Assembly: GCF_018350175.1 (NCBI RefSeq)
Contig: NC_058383.1
Span: 14,324,001-14,388,000 of the forward strand
Origin: Felis catus
Taxonomy: Eukaryota
Direction: 5' to 3'
Length of the DNA: 64,000 nt
The notes beneath the pieces were generated by a model. The model did no database searches, was not told where the DNA came from, and saw only the letters and a program-made list of their open reading frames with translations. This document shows, piece by piece, positions 59,983 through 64,000 of the stretch. The number at the start of each line of letters is the position of its first letter. The stretch's first letter is position 1. Both the position numbers and the translations under genes were made by a program.

Positions 59983-60514
59983 TGTTGCAGGGTTTTTTTT
60001 ACCTCAATACCCAGGGTTTGTTGTCTCACCGCTTTGAAGAATGAAGAGGTGGACCCCGGATGAAATGGGCAGCAGGCAAAAGTTTATTTGAGTAGAAGAT
60101 CAGAAGGTAAGAATAGTATGAAAGCTCTCTTTATAGAGAGGGGACATTTGAAAGTGAATGCCCGCAACTGTAGGAAAGGGACTTTGTTTTATACGGTCCT
60201 GGTCAGCCCTGTTCCTTCCCCCTTGTTCCTTCTCAGGTTCTCCCCTTATTGGCGTGATAACTCTAGGTGCTGGGTTGTCCGTTCCTGATTGACTTGATTC
60301 CACTCTGTGAGGAGTCAGACTGATCATACTGTCCCTTGTATAACAGAAATCTTATGGTTTACCTGTTTCAGTTAGGTATTTTGTTTGCCAGATTCCTGAG
60401 GAAAACCGGAGGGGGAGTGGGTGGTGTCTATTCCATTTTTAAGAGGAACCTTATACCCCAGGGAATTTGCTCGAGGTCAGATGCTCCCAGCATTGTTTTA
60501 AAATAGGTATTTTC
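59983..60514 (-). mobile_element. ERV-type LTR fragment with one end missing
   Basis: Begins TGTTGCAGGG; minus-strand AATAAA near 60083; LTR-like layout. Confidence 0.6.
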
Positions 60515-60618
60515 AGGGTGCCTGGGTGGCTCAGTCGGTTAAGCGTCTGCCTTCGGCTCAGGTCGTGAACTCATGGTTTGTGAGTTCGAGCCCCGCATCA
60601 GGCTCTGTGCTGACAGCT
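60515..60618 (+). mobile_element. 3'-truncated Can-SINE
   Basis: Intact head up to ggctctgtgctgacagct, then an abrupt stop with no CT region or tail. Confidence 0.85.
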
Positions 60619-61694
60619 GTATTGGCCAGACTGTCACCACCCCATTTGTCTAGGTCTTACAGACTATAGACGCCATAGACTTGTCAAGGGAAGGCCAAGT
60701 GTGAACACTGGACATACCATCTCGTGGATGTTAGATGGACACCTTGAGGGGGGAAAAAAATGGAGACGGAATGCGGGAGTGAGCCTTTCATTTTTCTTGA
60801 GCAGAAGGCACCGAAATAAATTGTTGCCCTATTGCACTGTCTTCTCATTAAGAAGCTGAGTGTTTAATGACTTCTAGGCTAAGCATTCAAAACAGGGAGG
60901 TGATAATGGAAGGATTTCTTCCAAGCAGAGTAAAATAGTCCTTCATCCGAAAGCAGTGGAAGAGTACTGGAGGGTGATTGCCGAGGGCTGGTTTTCTTTC
61001 ATGTGTGTGTTAATTCAGTGTCCTTTTTACCCAGTGGGGCATAAACATACATCATTTAAATTAACATAAAAAGTCAGAAATGGGACCTCCATTAACATAG
61101 CCTCAGGAGGGAATAAGCGCTTCCATTTGATTGCTTGACTCCCTGCTGGGCCTCCCTGAGCTGGGCCACCTGGCAGGGGTCTCCCGCGAATCCCCTCCAG
61201 GTTCTCTGCCGTTCATGGTCCTGCTCTGGAGTGTCATTCTCAGCGGCTTGCCTCATCTCTGTGCCCTGTCCCACAGATGTCCCGACAGGTCTGAGTTATT
61301 TATTATGTAACCGCTGCAGGCTTGTTGCGTGACCCCCTGGAACAAGAAAGAATGCATGTCTTTAGGTTTTGAATGAAGTAAAAATTGACGTAATTGGCTG
61401 GATGTCCAGGAATGCCACTCTTCTGCCCTCCTGTTCCCACCTGCTTCAAGAAGGATGCAGGCGTCCCAGGAAAAGCAGAACCTTGCACTCAGTGATGGTG
61501 GGGATATGAGCCGCTCTGCCTTACAGATACACCCCTCCTGGACATCTGGAGGATTCTCCCCCTCGTTGGGGTGCTGTGGGGACCTGGGCATAGGACTCCC
61601 CTGTAGTGGAGAACCGGAAATCAGTCCCTTGATCCTCCTTCCCGTGTCAAGGATACTTATCCCCACCCCCAGGCATTCATGCCCTCCATTCAAA

Positions 61695-62140
61695 GGGTGT
61701 TTGAGAAATGGATGACTCTTGTTAAAATCATCAGGAAGACTTCATTCAAGACGATTGTAACAGGGCTTACCTCTGTTGTAATAGGGGAGAGAGCGAGCTC
61801 AACTCTAAATACAAAGACAAATCGGAATTTATAGCCAAGGAGCAGGGTGACGGGGCCAGTGAATAGAAAATCACTAAGAGGGAACATCACCTCTTAGTGG
61901 GGGGGATTCTTGCTAACCTGGCCTAACGGGATTCTTCCCGAAGGCAGGCCAAGTGCTTAGGCATCCAGGGTGGGGGATGAAGAACCCGATCATATTCCAG
62001 TAGTGGCGGATTCGCCCTAAACTGACTTTGCAGGATCCCTGCTAACACAAGACTCGTCAAGGAAGGACCTAGAAGTCCCAGGTGGAGAAGAGGGCTCAGA
62101 GGAGCCTTGCTGAAGTTTGGTCAAAGACAGAGTCATCATG
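61695..62140 (-). mobile_element. MER31-like ERV1 solo LTR
   Basis: gagaagagggctcagaggagccttgctgaagtttggtcaa and ggaatttatagccaaggagcaggg match reverse-complement MER31 as recalled. Confidence 0.75.
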
Positions 62141-62953
62141 AAGGGATGCTCTTCTACTCTTCCTCTCCTCCATGCCCTAGATGCACCTAGCTGTAAACAG
62201 GGGTGGGGTGCAGGCTTTCTTTGGAGATGCCCTGAAACAGAACAAAGCTGTTGACTGGCCCTCCGTTCTCTTCCCCCAGCATAACCTTCAAACCACAAAG
62301 AGTCGCTGGAAAATGATCTTTCATTCTTTCCTGTCTCCTTGTGCAAACAAAAAGGACAGGGGTTAGAGCGCTCCTTGGTGATCCTTTCACGTTGCTTATC
62401 TGTGACTCCCACTGGGTCTGTGCACGGCATCAGGATCCCTAATACCCCGGTGCTGGGGAGCTGGAGAGGCCCAGAGAGGCGGTTGCCTTCTTTTCTGGTT
62501 GTTTCCCTTCCCTACTGCTGTTGGCTCCAGCCTCCTAAACACACTTCAGTTCCAGAGTTCCAACGTAACGTGTAGAAGAAAAACGTTAAAGAAACTTAAC
62601 TTTAACTACCCAGCTTGCTCTCTGGAGAGCGTGCTTTTTCCTATGGGAGGTTTGATCACCTTTGCTCCCCCCACACAAGATGAACGCAGGGCAAGACCAC
62701 ATACAAAAGAGATGACGCTTTCCTACCCAGCTTCATGTCCTGCTTCCGTGTCTAAGCCACACACGCCCAACATTGGTGGGAATGAAATTCCAGAACAGCT
62801 TCTTTGTTTTGTCAAGTCTGTTCAGTAAAAGCATTTGCTCCTGCTGGGCCTGACCCTCGCCTACTTTCTCCCTTCCTTGGGTCTAGTACTCTTTCAAGTT
62901 ATGTCTGTCCACAGTGCTTGGGAGGACAGCAGAATCTGCAAAGAAGAGGCTTA

Positions 62954-63205
62954 AGGGGCCACCTGGGTGGCTCAGTCGGTTTAGCGTTCGGCTTCCGCTC
63001 AGGTCACGATCTCATGGTTCACAAGTTCAAGTCCTCTGTCGGACTCTGTGCTGACAGCTCAGAGCCTGGAGCCTGCTTTGGATTGTGTCTCTGTCTTTCT
63101 CTGCCCCTGGCCCACTCATGCTCTGTCTCTGTCTCTGTCTTTCTCTCTCAAAAAAAAAAAAAAAAAAAAAAAGAATAAATATTTAAAAAATAAAAAAAAT
63201 AAAAA
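62954..63205 (+). mobile_element. Can-SINE with long A-rich tail
   Basis: TSD aaagaagaggctta at 62940-62953 and 63206-63219. Confidence 0.93.
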
Positions 63206-64000
63206 AAAGAAGAGGCTTAGGGACAGTTGTGTCCTTGGCAAGGAACTGGGGTGGAGTTTGCAATGCGTTGGAGCCACTTGCACGTCAGCTGTACTGTTGT
63301 TATACATCGGTAGGGTCAGCTGTGTCTCCCAAGTATGCTTGTATTCGTGAAAGGTCCATACGCGATTAACTTCTGACTGTATTATTATTATTGGATTAAT
63401 TCAGAGTGATGGGGGACACGGTGATGTCTAGAAGATGGTGATCATCCATGGAGAAACACAAAGGCGATGAGCCCTATTTTTCATCAGCTTGTTTTATGTA
63501 AAAGACACAAGCTTGAAAAAAATGGACTCAAAAGTAATTTCTGCATTTTAATACTAATTCTCTGCCTCCCTCCCATGGCAGGACTTGGCCTGGTATGCTA
63601 CCAGCTTAGTGATGGAAGATTTGGGGTCCTGGGGACCCAAGGTTCATGCCACAGAGTTCCGTTGTAGATGGCAGGAAACATAGATAGTCAAAGAAAGAGC
63701 TCAAAGTCTATAGGGACACCTGAAGCCCAAATACTGGGAAAATCAGACATGAAGAAAATTAGTGATGGGGACCAAAGATCTTCAGAGCCAAGGTGTACTG
63801 GTAACATTACATAGGTACACCGGGGGCCTGGGGCGGAGCTTCTACACCAGCTGGGCCTTGCGTCTGGATTTTATGAATTGGCATGTGGGGGAGGGTGCAG
63901 GTGTGTTCTAGGACATTCTTGATATAAGAGATGGGCTCCCCTAAACTCACTGGTTTGTGTTCCTCCCATCTTGACCTTGGACTGGCAGCATCTGCCCCAG

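Noticed and set aside
1..64000. A previously undescribed multi-gene system (CRISPR-like array, operon, viral insert)
   Set aside because: The window is explained by three GALNT17 exons plus mammalian repeats; I saw no repeat-spacer array, no long intact non-host ORF, and no recognisable viral coding or mitochondrial sequence.

Overview
Mammalian nuclear DNA from a cat-family (felid/feliform) genome, judged by about 30 Can-SINEs of the feline SINEC_Fc type. The window lies inside one + strand gene, GALNT17 (WBSCR17, polypeptide N-acetylgalactosaminyltransferase 17). It holds three internal coding exons of the catalytic GT-A domain (5054-5220, 31853-32027, 38001-38198; probably exons 3-5). They have canonical AG/GT ends, splice in frame, and include the metal-binding DxH motif (DAH). 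Everything else is intron: Can-SINEs (many with target-site duplications, TSDs), L1/HAL1, L2, MIR, MER DNA-transposon relics, solo LTRs and simple repeats. Nearly all other ORFs in the track are SINE-derived or low-complexity artefacts. I found no previously undescribed gene system. The most notable structures are a three-level LTR>SINE>LTR nesting with intact inner TSDs, an inverted pair of very short L1 3' tips, apparent AT-to-GC biased decay of repeats, a phased 10-bp repeat carrying five MRE cores, and an exon block that would form a stop-free circle if back-spliced. Repeat family names and consensus comparisons come from my memory of consensus sequences, and repeat boundaries are approximate; both need RepeatMasker/Dfam confirmation.
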